Below, in pieces: positions 39,688-49,786 of a stretch of 64,000 nucleotides of DNA. Under the pieces are notes generated by a model. That model had not been told where the DNA came from and made no database searches. It was given only the letters and a program-made list of their open reading frames with translations. Position 1 is the first letter of the stretch; every line of letters starts with the position of its first letter. This DNA is from an uncultured virus (IMG/VR IMGVR_UViG_3300037419_003078) (taxonomy: Duplodnaviria; Heunggongvirae; Uroviricota; Caudoviricetes), in the IMG/VR virus record IMGVR_UViG_3300037419_003078; one strand, written 5' to 3'. Position numbers and translations under genes: made by a program.

Positions 39688-39912
39688 CTAAATAAGTTTT
39701 CTTATAATTGCGTGTCCTACTAAATACCCTAACACAAGAACAACTAGGACAACTAAGAAGGCTATAAGATATGTAGCAACAAGATATGCCATTAAGCCCA
39801 ACAATAAAAGTGCAAACAATCCTACAAATAATTTATCTAGAAATTTTGAAAGAAAACCATTAAAAAATCTTTTCATAATACCACTCTCCTTTGAATATAC
39901 TAGATTAGTCAT
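39688..39912 (-). CDS. small membrane protein, paralog of 39457-39675
   Basis: same pattern as neighbour. Confidence 0.6.
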   Translation of the reverse strand: MTNLVYSKESGIMKRFFNGFLSKFLDKLFVGLFALLLLGLMAYLVATYLIAFLVVLVVLVLGYLVGHAIIRKLI

Positions 39913-40068
39913 AACTAATTCACCTAAAACGTATCAGTCATTATTGAATACTCGTGAAATACCATAAGAAATTAATAGTTAAAGCACCTACAATGTATCC
40001 AATAAGCAAGCATATTAGGGCTATGTTTTTGGGATTCATTATTACCACCACCTTTATCTTATGTTTAT

Positions 40069-40097
40069 ATTATAACCTTAGAATAAATGAAAGTCAA
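40069..40097 (-). promoter_or_regulatory. sigmaA-type promoter whose -35 overlaps the relaxase RBS
   Basis: TTGACT-N17-TATAAT on - strand. Confidence 0.75.
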
Positions 40098-40109
40098 GGA
40101 GGAATTTAA

Positions 40110-41090
40110 ATGTTTTTACCTGAAAAGAGAACAATTACCAAATTTGAAAGAGAAAATAAAAGAATTACAGATGAAGATATTGATAAAATTATGCGTTGGA
40201 TAACGGATAGAGATATTGAAATATTGATGTTATTATTAAAGAATCCCTTTCTTACAGTAGAACAAATTGAAATGCTAGTGTTTAGCAACTTAACCACTTC
40301 TATGTGGCGTAATAAGGCTAATAAGCGTTTAAGAAGGCTATACCATAGTCAATGTATAGACCGATTCTTTCCACCTACTGAGAAAGACGCAGGAAGTTCA
40401 CAGGCACATTACATTCTTGATTATGCAGGAGCAAAAGTATTAGCTAAGTATAAAGGTCACACAGGAAAGTTTAAGTTTCGTAAAAGAGATTATATCCCAC
40501 AAAATTATAAACACACTTTAAAAATACTTGACTTCTACTCTATTCTTCATGTTCTAAATCGTCAACTAGGATACACTAGTGAAGGAACTGTAGGAGAGAT
40601 AGTTACATGGAAAACAGAGCAAAGAAAAAAGTTTCACTATACTGCCAACAACAGAGTCAATAAAGGTGAGATAATACCTGACGCTTTCTGCATATATAAA
40701 CATACTGCACAAGGTCATTTAAAATTCTTCTTCCTAGAATGTGACAATGCTACTGAGCCTATGGAAACTCTTAAAGGTAAAATATTAAACTATAGACGTT
40801 ATTTCGCAAGTGGCGAATGGAGACAAGAAAAATGGGCAAAAGTCCTAGGTGGATTTCCTGCTATCCTCTTTGTATTCCATAATCAAGAACAAGTAAATGA
40901 GATGGTAGCTTACAGTCGAAGATTAGACTCTAATTTGAAGTTCCTGTTCACCACTTACGACAATCTATATGAAGACGAACGAAAGCTATATGTAAACTCC
41001 TTGGGGAAGAAAAGATATGTTCCCCAAAGAAGGAAGGTCAATATATTATCTGAAATATGGTCAAGTAAAGATGGGCTAGTATCTCTCTAG
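40110..41090 (+). CDS. Replic_Relax (MOBC-like) relaxase
   Basis: N-terminal wHTH (TDRD..IL..L...FLT.EQI...RLRRL), H, IPDA, FFLECDNATE...KI..Y..Y. Confidence 0.85.
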   Translation: MFLPEKRTITKFERENKRITDEDIDKIMRWITDRDIEILMLLLKNPFLTVEQIEMLVFSNLTTSMWRNKANKRLRRLYHSQCIDRFFPPTEKDAGSSQAHYILDYAGAKVLAKYKGHTGKFKFRKRDYIPQNYKHTLKILDFYSILHVLNRQLGYTSEGTVGEIVTWKTEQRKKFHYTANNRVNKGEIIPDAFCIYKHTAQGHLKFFFLECDNATEPMETLKGKILNYRRYFASGEWRQEKWAKVLGGFPAILFVFHNQEQVNEMVAYSRRLDSNLKFLFTTYDNLYEDERKLYVNSLGKKRYVPQRRKVNILSEIWSSKDGLVSL

Positions 41091-41570
41091 CCCTCGTATG
41101 CTATTTCTTGTAATTTGTTGTGCCACTCGCAAGCAGTCTCGCCTATATCCTCTAAATAATCTAACTGCTTATTAATACTATTAGCATTTTCAATCATACT
41201 TAATAACTCTTTTATCCTGTTAATATAATGCTCCATCGTATCACTCCGATTCTATCATTACTTCTCTAACTTCTAAGTCATAAGAATCTACCTGTCTAGA
41301 ATCATCAAATTCTCCACATTCAACTTTCTTCTCTGCTTCCTCAGGACTATCTGCCTCAACATATACTACATTTAATGTTACTTCCTCAAACAATACCTTG
41401 TATTTTGTCATTGTTCTCTTCCTCCTAAAAATGTTCTTATTCTAAGGCTTTGTGTTACAAATTGTTCAAAATTTAACTTAAACTTTTCTCCGAGTTTATA
41501 ATGTTCCATATATTTCTGATACCTTTGATATTGCTCATAGAAATGGTCTAGTAATTCATCTGTCAGTACT

Positions 41571-41864
41571 TCACTCATATTTACCACTCCATTCTTTAAG
41601 TTCTTTTATCACCTGTCCTAATTTATACTCTACATATCCTTCTTCTGTTTCTGTTCCAGTGGATAAAACGTAATCTAATCTTTCTACTATCTGCAATGCA
41701 AGTTCTATCTTAGCTTGTTTCAAATCTATCAATGAAAAAAGATAGGTTATTTCAGGTGATACTAAGTCCTCTCCTTTATGAAACCATTTCTCTTTAAGAT
41801 TTTCATAAAACTCTTTGCTTGATATTCCTGAGTAATCGAATTTTTCTTGTTCATCTATTGTCAT
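41571..41864 (-). CDS. hypothetical protein
   Basis: RBS GGAGGT. Confidence 0.55.
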   Translation of the reverse strand: MTIDEQEKFDYSGISSKEFYENLKEKWFHKGEDLVSPEITYLFSLIDLKQAKIELALQIVERLDYVLSTGTETEEGYVEYKLGQVIKELKEWSGKYE

Positions 41865-42049
41865 AGTTGCTACCTCCTACATTTTAGTCCAATTAATAAG
41901 AACTACATTGCTTACATTCTCTTTTCTGCAAATCAATTCTTTTATGTTCTCTATTTCATTCCATGTTTTAGGTTTTTTCATATCCATCATAGAACCACCT
42001 ATTGCAGGACTACCTTCTTCATCATCACAGAAATAGCTTACATATATCA

Positions 42050-42487
42050 TTATCGCAACTCCTCTCGAACTTTCATTAGAAGTATTCCTAATCTATTCTT
42101 TCCAGTTCCATTTCTACCTATACCCCAATAATAGTCATAGGGAGAATCTTCTATTAGTTCTTTGTCACCAGTTTCCATTAATTTTTTCCACATATGAAAA
42201 TTATGGAATTTAGCTTTTAAGGCTCTGTACATTACGTCTTCCTTTACCTCCTCCCAATCTTTGCGAAGTGGTAAATCTCTCCTCTTGCCTTCTCGTGCAG
42301 TCTCAGAAGGGTAGTTAAGAGTTCTAATGTATTCTTCATACTCAGTTCCTTCAAACTTCATAGATTGAAAATAATGCTCTACAGTTTTATATGTCTTGCC
42401 ATCTATTTCAATGGGCGAAAAATAAAAATTACTTAGAAAACCGAAGGGTTTATCAGCCCCCCAAAACTTTATAGCCACATCTGTCAC
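42050..42487 (-). CDS. NADAR (YbiA-like) ADP-ribosylhydrolase
   Basis: FLSNFY, TVEHYFQ..KF, DWE.VK..VM...AKF, EDSPYD.YWG...G.N.LG..LM.VR. Confidence 0.92.
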   Translation of the reverse strand: MTDVAIKFWGADKPFGFLSNFYFSPIEIDGKTYKTVEHYFQSMKFEGTEYEEYIRTLNYPSETAREGKRRDLPLRKDWEEVKEDVMYRALKAKFHNFHMWKKLMETGDKELIEDSPYDYYWGIGRNGTGKNRLGILLMKVREELR

Positions 42488-42680
42488 ACTCCTTTTTCAA
42501 TTCTTTCAATAATAATTCAGTATGAACTGCCAGTGAAAGTCCTAAATTAGCAACCATATTTGCTTTGTCAACATCAATATAATCATCATTAGCGTAACTA
42601 TCTACTTCTTTGCGAACTTCTTCAATCAAATATTCTACTCTATCTCTCATTGTCATATCTTTTAGTTTCTTTCTGTACAT
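42453..42680 (-). CDS. hypothetical protein
   Basis: RBS GGAGAT. Confidence 0.5.
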   Translation of the reverse strand: MYRKKLKDMTMRDRVEYLIEEVRKEVDSYANDDYIDVDKANMVANLGLSLAVHTELLLKELKKECDRCGYKVLGG

Positions 42681-42691
42681 TCTATCATCTC

Positions 42692-43114
42692 CTATCGTCT
42701 TTTTCCACTACTTCTAGTGCTCTTGCTATAACTTCTACTAGGTGAAGACTTCTTTATAGTGTAAGAAGAACTCTTTTTAGGTTTTACTCTGCTTATCTTA
42801 ACTTTTTTAGGCTTACTAATTTTAATTGTCTTAGTTTTCGGTTTAATTACTTTTGATTTAATTTTAGACTTTAAGTTAGTTTTTGGTGATGTAGGTTTAG
42901 CAATTACACTATGAGATGACTTGTGTTTTTTCTTCTTCAAGTCTACTCCATAGCAATCTTCATCACCTTCTAGTAAGTCATCTGCGTCACAATCTTCTAC
43001 TTCATTATTGTTGTTACTCTGTCGTACAGGTGAATTATTTACTCGACTAGTGTTACTACATGCACTCAAGGATACCAACATTAATGCCATCATAATCAAT
43101 ACTAATTTCTTCAT
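42692..43114 (-). CDS. lipoprotein with Lys/Ser-rich basic tail
   Basis: lipobox LSAC; acidic C..C loop; K/S/R-rich C-terminal half. Confidence 0.7.
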   Translation of the reverse strand: MKKLVLIMMALMLVSLSACSNTSRVNNSPVRQSNNNNEVEDCDADDLLEGDEDCYGVDLKKKKHKSSHSVIAKPTSPKTNLKSKIKSKVIKPKTKTIKISKPKKVKISRVKPKKSSSYTIKKSSPSRSYSKSTRSSGKRR

Positions 43115-43593
43115 ACTACCACTCCTTCGCCTTTTTCAGTTAGTTTTACAGCAGTCTCTCTATAAGTATAAGTTTGTCTGTATCTTCTGCCCCTTCTAAA
43201 CGTTCTAGTATATTTTACTTTGGTGAAAGTAAGCATATTATACTTCTCAAATTCTTTCCAACATTTAAAAACGTATCTCATTATAGCGTCATTTGTTTCA
43301 TATGACATAACCTCTCTATCCTTTACACCTCTCTCTACTAGTTTGTCTCTTTCTGATTGTGTTAATACACGTTTGGCTACCTTAGTTGCGATAGCCATTC
43401 TAGTGAAGTCTAGTCTTGCACAACCATGTTCTTTCTGCTCACACAACCATTTAGTAGTTCTCCAAACTTCCTGCTTGGTAATCATATCCTCTACACTTTT
43501 CTTATCTACTTCTACACTTCTTAGGTTGCCATTAAATTCATAGTATTCTCTTTTGTACTCTGTCCTATGCTTACTCTCCTCCATGATAACCAT
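43111..43593 (-). CDS. hypothetical protein (possible wHTH)
   Basis: C-terminal VKLTEKG wing-like motif. Confidence 0.45.
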   Translation of the reverse strand: MVIMEESKHRTEYKREYYEFNGNLRSVEVDKKSVEDMITKQEVWRTTKWLCEQKEHGCARLDFTRMAIATKVAKRVLTQSERDKLVERGVKDREVMSYETNDAIMRYVFKCWKEFEKYNMLTFTKVKYTRTFRRGRRYRQTYTYRETAVKLTEKGEGVVV

Positions 43594-44181
43594 CTCCTAT
43601 CTTCTGTTAGTCCACTTATGAGGACATCTTAAACATGAGAACTCGATACTGTTCCATAGATAGCTTTTTGTTATGTTAGACTTCTTATGTCCGAATAACC
43701 TACATTTCCAATATTTAAACATTGAAAATCATCTCCTTCTCCTATTAGTCCACTTGTCTTTATTTTGATGGTTGTATTCTAGTATGGCTAAGAATAGCCA
43801 TAAGATTGCACCAATTGGTATGATAAAGCATATAAACCAAAACAAATCTTCATATGTGCCACCGATTATAGGTATCATTCTGTTTGACCACATTCAGGAT
43901 TATCACATACCAATTGAACTTCTATAAACTCTCCATTATGAAATGTCTCTACTCTACAATCTTCATCTCCACATTTTAAACATTTAATAATAAATCCATG
44001 TGCCATATCAATCACTCCTTCTCTTTATTAAATACTAACGGTTGGGCTACCAATACTTTAGAGTCACTTATCATATCATAATAGCAATAAGGACAACAAC
44101 TAGGTAAACTTTCTAGGTCTGTATAAAAAATTTTATTGCAGTCATCATTATCACAGTGCCAAGTATTAATCAGGTGTTCGC

Positions 44182-44421
44182 TCATTGTATTACCTCCTCG
44201 TTTGTTCCTTCTTTAAATATTTCGTCTGCTTTTTCTTGATGTGTTTCAACTTGTTCTTTCCACCAATTTAATTCTTCTAAAATCTTTTTGCGTTTTACAG
44301 TTTGATTAGTATAACTTAGTAATTTTTCATAGTACTCTACATATGTCTTGCTACGCTCCAATCCTTTTAAAACACTGCTTTCAATTAAAACAAATTCACC
44401 ATTTGAAAATTTATATTCCAT
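44182..44421 (-). CDS. hypothetical protein
   Basis: RBS GAGGAGG, own promoter. Confidence 0.6.
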   Translation of the reverse strand: MEYKFSNGEFVLIESSVLKGLERSKTYVEYYEKLLSYTNQTVKRKKILEELNWWKEQVETHQEKADEIFKEGTNEEVIQ

Positions 44422-44452
44422 ATCTTTATTCCTCCTCTTTGTTTATAAAACA

Positions 44453-44481
44453 ATTATATTATAATATATATCATTTGTCAA
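44453..44481 (-). promoter_or_regulatory. sigmaA-type promoter
   Basis: TTGACA-N17-TATAAT. Confidence 0.8.
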
Positions 44482-44804
44482 TGGATAAATTAAAGTTTTT
44501 TTATTTATCTTCTTCTGATTCTTCTTCCTTCTTACAATCTAAACATTGACCATAAAATAGGTGTCGTTCCTCTCCACAGTCCATGCAAGTTCCTACATAT
44601 GGGTACACATAATCACTCCTTCTCTTTAATTTCGTAGTGTGTAACAGTTAAAAAATCCAAGCACCTAATATAAATCCGATAACTAAACCTATAATCATTG
44701 ATACTGCAAGGAATAGAAGCATAATTTGTTCAGCTAATTTATTAAACATAAATACCTCCTTTTTGTCACAATAGTTGTCAAATGCGTAGCAAGAAAGCAA
44801 GGGA

Positions 44805-46580
44805 TTAAGCCCCTGCTAACCTACTACGAATTGCTGATAATGAATCATCACGAACTAATTTACCATCTACAAAGACATCTTGTAATAAGTCAATCTCTGC
44901 CATCTGTTCTTTTTGGGCAAGATTCAATCCATCTAACAATGTAATAGAGCCATCTTCTGTTCGATTAGTAACTACTACCAATCCTCGTTGTGAACGCTTA
45001 GTTCCACTGTCAGTTTTAGGGTCTTTAAATAATTGTTTTTCTTCGCCATTAATCATTGACCATGTAGCTTTATAAGCCATTGAGAAGGTATCACGAGTTG
45101 TATATTGGAATGAGTACGAGCCTACACCTAGGACAATATTACTAGACGCAAAACCTTTCTCCTTTAGTCGAGAACAAATTGCCTCTGCTCTCTCAGGTGT
45201 AATAGAATCACCGTAGATAGCACCAATATGCGAGTCTAATACTTTGTATCCTAATTCATTTACTTCGCCACCAAAGATGTTCCATAGAGCCTCAATAAGT
45301 CCTAAGTGAGATAGGCTTGGTGTGAACTCCTTACAACTTCTTTCTCTATGACCATCAATATAGTAGTATTGCTTGTCGTAGCGATTCCATTCAACATCAA
45401 TGATAAGTTCATAATATTTTCCATCATATTTAAACTTTCCACGAGGACTATCGTCTCCATATTCACCATGAGGTGTGTCTTCACGAAGTTCGTCCATAAG
45501 GTCTTCATAGAAAGAGGCTTTAGCGTCTTCAAACGATTTAACATACTCATCATTTTTAATCTCAGGAATATATCTTCCACAGATAATATCTACAGGGTCT
45601 CCACTGTCAGGTCTGATGACTACTTTACCATTACGAGCCATGATTTTATCTTTAAGTTTTGGAAGAACTTCTCCTACAACCTTCCAAAAATCATAAGTGT
45701 CAGATACGATTGATACAAAGCCATGTGGATAGATGTCTTCAATTAATCGTCTGAATGACTCGTATTCATCACGAACATCTGCGTCACTGTTTGCACACAT
45801 TACTGAATGTTCAGTCGCACTGATTGAAGTTCCTACTAGTTCTTTTTCAATGTTAGCGTTATAGTATTCCTCGTGATATTTAATAGCAGGAATAGTGTCA
45901 GTTCCTACGAATGATAATAGGTGTCCTGCTCCACTTTTCGCTCCACCATCTCGTCCTACCATTCCTCTAAAACTAAAATCGTGTGCACTAAACGGTACAT
46001 GGTCAACATTTCCTACTGTCTCCATAGCGTAACGGTCTAATATTTTACGATACTGACGAGAAATAGTTGCTGATGTAATTGGTTGCCACATCTCTGCTGA
46101 CAACACTGTTTCTAAGAAATTAGTCAACCAATAGAACTTCTTATTAGTATTTTCAATAGTAAGCATTGGTACTCGTAAAGGTACTAGTGTTCCTTCCGGT
46201 ACTGCTTTAATGCGAATAGGTAAGTATCCTAAATCATGCAACTCTGCAATATGAGTAGCGTCAACACTATTTAAAGCGTCTTCGATACTAATTGTTTTGT
46301 CTAAGTATGCGAATGGATTAATTAATGAAAAGTAAATAGTTCGCTTGTAGTCACGAATGATTTCTTCTTTAGGTCGCTTGAAGAAGTTCTCATTAAAGTA
46401 GTTGATTAAGTATTCTTTGATAACTCCTTGGAAACCGTAAGCTACTACTTCTGTGACTCCTTTAATACGACTTCCTCTAGCAGTCATTGTAGTATATATA
46501 ATCTCAGTTCCGTTAGGATACTGGCTTAGATGTCCAATTTTGTAAAAATCTGCAATTGTCATTGGGTTTTGGTTTGTCAT
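44805..46580 (-). CDS. nicotinamide phosphoribosyltransferase-like (candidate NARP1 Namat)
   Basis: DFYK.GH..QYP, HDFSFRG, ATEHSVM, VSDTYD, RPDSGDP, YGDSIT, KDPKTD. Confidence 0.9.
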   Translation of the reverse strand: MTNQNPMTIADFYKIGHLSQYPNGTEIIYTTMTARGSRIKGVTEVVAYGFQGVIKEYLINYFNENFFKRPKEEIIRDYKRTIYFSLINPFAYLDKTISIEDALNSVDATHIAELHDLGYLPIRIKAVPEGTLVPLRVPMLTIENTNKKFYWLTNFLETVLSAEMWQPITSATISRQYRKILDRYAMETVGNVDHVPFSAHDFSFRGMVGRDGGAKSGAGHLLSFVGTDTIPAIKYHEEYYNANIEKELVGTSISATEHSVMCANSDADVRDEYESFRRLIEDIYPHGFVSIVSDTYDFWKVVGEVLPKLKDKIMARNGKVVIRPDSGDPVDIICGRYIPEIKNDEYVKSFEDAKASFYEDLMDELREDTPHGEYGDDSPRGKFKYDGKYYELIIDVEWNRYDKQYYYIDGHRERSCKEFTPSLSHLGLIEALWNIFGGEVNELGYKVLDSHIGAIYGDSITPERAEAICSRLKEKGFASSNIVLGVGSYSFQYTTRDTFSMAYKATWSMINGEEKQLFKDPKTDSGTKRSQRGLVVVTNRTEDGSITLLDGLNLAQKEQMAEIDLLQDVFVDGKLVRDDSLSAIRSRLAGA

Positions 46581-46918
46581 AAAACATCACTCCTACAGTA
46601 TAATTTTATATTTTATTTTTCTCCGAAAGGTTTCCTAGCTAAAATCTTTATAATTCTGTTGATAGAAAATCGTGCGTCTCTCTTGTCATCACTTTCTCCA
46701 TCAAGAAATTCCTTAACATCTTTAGCTAGTTTCATGAGTTCTTTTTGTTCTTGACTAGTCATAGCACATCACTTCCTTTTAGGTCTAGGTTTAGCCACTC
46801 TTTTAACAGATGGTTTCCAATCCTTATCTAGCTTACTAGCACGAATCCAACCTCTAGGTATCCAATTGTTTGTTTCATTGATTTCTTGTTGCTTTGTTTT
46901 TGGCATGACCAACACTCC

Positions 46919-47143
46919 TTACTTTCTAACTGGAAATCCATCTATTGTTTCTCCGTCATAGAATCTAAAAAACTCTTTACTGTACTCCACTTCTTCACCT
47001 TTGTCATTTTTTACTACAACTAAATCGCCTCGTTGTGTATCAATAACTACATATACTCTATTTCTAGTTAAATCAAATTCTGTGTCTTCTGCAATTAACA
47101 AATCGAACTTTTCAACTAGCCTATCTGATTCATAACAGTTCAT
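46919..47143 (-). CDS. small SH3-like hypothetical protein
   Basis: DLTRNRVY.V...V.NDKGE...Y...F. Confidence 0.45.
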   Translation of the reverse strand: MNCYESDRLVEKFDLLIAEDTEFDLTRNRVYVVIDTQRGDLVVVKNDKGEEVEYSKEFFRFYDGETIDGFPVRK

Positions 47144-47158
47144 TTAAATCACTCCTCT

Positions 47159-48040
47159 TTATTCAATTAGACTTGAGATTGGATATACCTTTACTTTGTC
47201 TAAACCTTGATGAATTTCTTCTAAGTTTCTTCCTACGACTGAAATATTTTCTGCATTTATAATAGTATCTGTTGTAAATACTTTGTTAACATGGTCAAGT
47301 AGTCGTACTCCTGTCTTAGGGTGTGGCAATAACATTGAGTTTTCTGCGTGACCTACTAGCAAGTAAACTTCTTCAAAGCCTAGCTTTTTAAGTGCCTCCG
47401 AAGTCTTAACAAAAGTTGAGCCATATGAGGTCAAGTCATCTACTATCAATGCTTTCTTACCTAATTCATTATAGTTTCCTACAAGTTTTAACTCCTCGAT
47501 TACTCCTGAGCCAAAGTCTCTGTCCTTCATGCCTACTAAAGTGTTCGCAATCTCTAATTTAGAGTATCTTTTTTGTGCTCCTGCGTCAGGGAAAACAACA
47601 TAGTCAACATATGGGTCAAAGCCAATTTCCTCATATACTACAGGTATTAAACTCTTAGTAATCATTATTGAATGTGAGTAGTCAAGTAATGCAGGTGTTA
47701 CATCTGAATGGGGTTCAACAACTGAAATACTCTCAAAGCCTAATGAGTTAATAAACTTGGTTACATATTTCAGTGTAAATGCACTTCCATCTTCTGACCT
47801 ATCCATTCGACTATAAGGCATATAATATATTAATAGATGGTTATTGATATTAGCCTTGATTTCCTTCATGTATTCACTTACAAACATTAGTTTAATTAAA
47901 TCTCCATCTTCTTCGTATTTAAAATGGATTCTGTTCGTTAAGAATGGGTCTAAATTTAATAATATACTGCTTTCATTTATCTTGGTTTCACCGTTAGGGA
48001 ATTTAGTAAATTCAACTTCTTTTCCATTAATTGTTATCAT
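47159..48040 (-). CDS. ribose-phosphate pyrophosphokinase-like (candidate NARP1 Adps)
   Basis: KFPNGET, YMPYSRMDR, EPHS, FPDAGA, IVDDLTSYGSTF. Confidence 0.88.
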   Translation of the reverse strand: MITINGKEVEFTKFPNGETKINESSILLNLDPFLTNRIHFKYEEDGDLIKLMFVSEYMKEIKANINNHLLIYYMPYSRMDRSEDGSAFTLKYVTKFINSLGFESISVVEPHSDVTPALLDYSHSIMITKSLIPVVYEEIGFDPYVDYVVFPDAGAQKRYSKLEIANTLVGMKDRDFGSGVIEELKLVGNYNELGKKALIVDDLTSYGSTFVKTSEALKKLGFEEVYLLVGHAENSMLLPHPKTGVRLLDHVNKVFTTDTIINAENISVVGRNLEEIHQGLDKVKVYPISSLIE

Positions 48041-49402
48041 ATAATGTTCCTCCGTTATTAAGTAGTTTATACATAATCGAGTCTATCATTTCAATGGCTT
48101 TGGCACAACGAAGAACTTCTTGTGTGTTCTTCCTTTCTGCCCAATATTGCATGTCTTCTTCAAAGTAATCTTTCCTAGCATTTATTTGGTTATATATGAA
48201 GTCTCTTTCTTGTATAGTAAATTTACTCACATGAATACCTCCTGTAATTTAAACACTCTATCATCAAACACCATAACAGTATCTACAGTTGCAGTTGCTA
48301 TTCTAAATCCTGTATCATTACTATCAATGCTATATATATTACTATAAGAATAATTTATATCTGATGTCATATATTCACTTCTTAAAGAACTGTTATACAT
48401 AACATCTCTGATTATGCTTTCAATGTCTGATTTTCTATTAGAATACCTTTCTACTGCCTTGTGTTCCATTTCACCATCAGGTATTCCTAAGTGCCAATTT
48501 AATTTTATCAATAATTTAATTTCAGGTATTATCATATTATTACCTCCAATTACTACGTTTATGGTATTCTTCGTTCAATCTAATCTTTTCAATTACGTCT
48601 AACTCTTTACCATACTTACATTTTTCACAAACCTTTTGTGAGCCAACCAATTGTTGTTTTTTACACTTACACAGTTTAATATTTGGTTGCATTAAAACCA
48701 CTCTCCTTCTGATGTTTGGTATTGATGAATAGGTTCAAAGCTTACCATTACCTCAGTTCCATTGAAAGATACTATTTCTACTTCAATTATTGCATAGCGT
48801 CTCAAAGTTCCAAGTTCTCTCTCTATAAATTTCTGTGCCATTATTTCACTAGGCAAAAAAGAATCAAATCCTATGCTATCTCCTTCAAAGTGTTCTTCTT
48901 TAAAGTTGAATATTCGACCACTACTTCTTTCAGCTACCACATAAACAACATTACTTTGCATAGTTCGCCATCTCCTTAACTCTATTAAAGTTATCATCTG
49001 CTAACTGATTAATTCTACAACGTATAAGTCTTTTCTCTCTTTTTAATTGCTTGATACCTAGTTCATCTCTTTGTGGAAACATCTTCTCTATGTTGAGCCA
49101 TTGCCCAACTGATGTCTCCATGACTTGCAAAGCACGAATTGAGTCTATTCCTTTTATTTTCTCAACCATTTCCTTTTCTTTTTGAGTTAGCTTAATCACG
49201 GTCATCAACTCTCTTTCGTGTATCTCTTTTATTTTCTTTTCTATTGTAAGCCTTCTTACTTTCTTTGATTCGTGTTACTGGCTTTATAGTCCAAGTTCCA
49301 CGAGATTGTGTTTTTTTACCTATAACGCTCATTCCAACCAACTCCTATATCTGATAAATATATTATATCACGTTTCCCAAAGGAAAGCAAGTAATTTTTA
49401 GG

Positions 49403-49786
49403 CTACTTGCTATCTTTTTTATATTTTTCTACATCTAGTGTGGCATAACCTAGTTGCTTTAATTTTTCATTAACAATAGTTAGTTCTTCTTCTACATCTT
49501 CTTCTTGATTTACGATAATGGTTGCTACTTTGATTACCTCAAGTTCTTGTGGGTGGTAAGGATTGACAGGTTCTTCATGACTAGAGTTATACCATTCCTC
49601 TGATACCCACTTAGCCATTAGAGCCTCCTCATAGGTATTGACAAACCACTTATCCTCACTCCATTCATCTAGTCTGTAAGTGTACTCACCACCATGTTGT
49701 CTGTCATCACCGTTATGTGTCTTTTCGATTCCTAGTATACGGTCTTTCTTTTTTAATATTAGACCATATTGTACTTTATACGCCAT
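49403..49786 (-). CDS. hypothetical phage protein
   Basis: ORF with RBS in - strand array. Confidence 0.55.
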   Translation of the reverse strand: MAYKVQYGLILKKKDRILGIEKTHNGDDRQHGGEYTYRLDEWSEDKWFVNTYEEALMAKWVSEEWYNSSHEEPVNPYHPQELEVIKVATIIVNQEEDVEEELTIVNEKLKQLGYATLDVEKYKKDSK

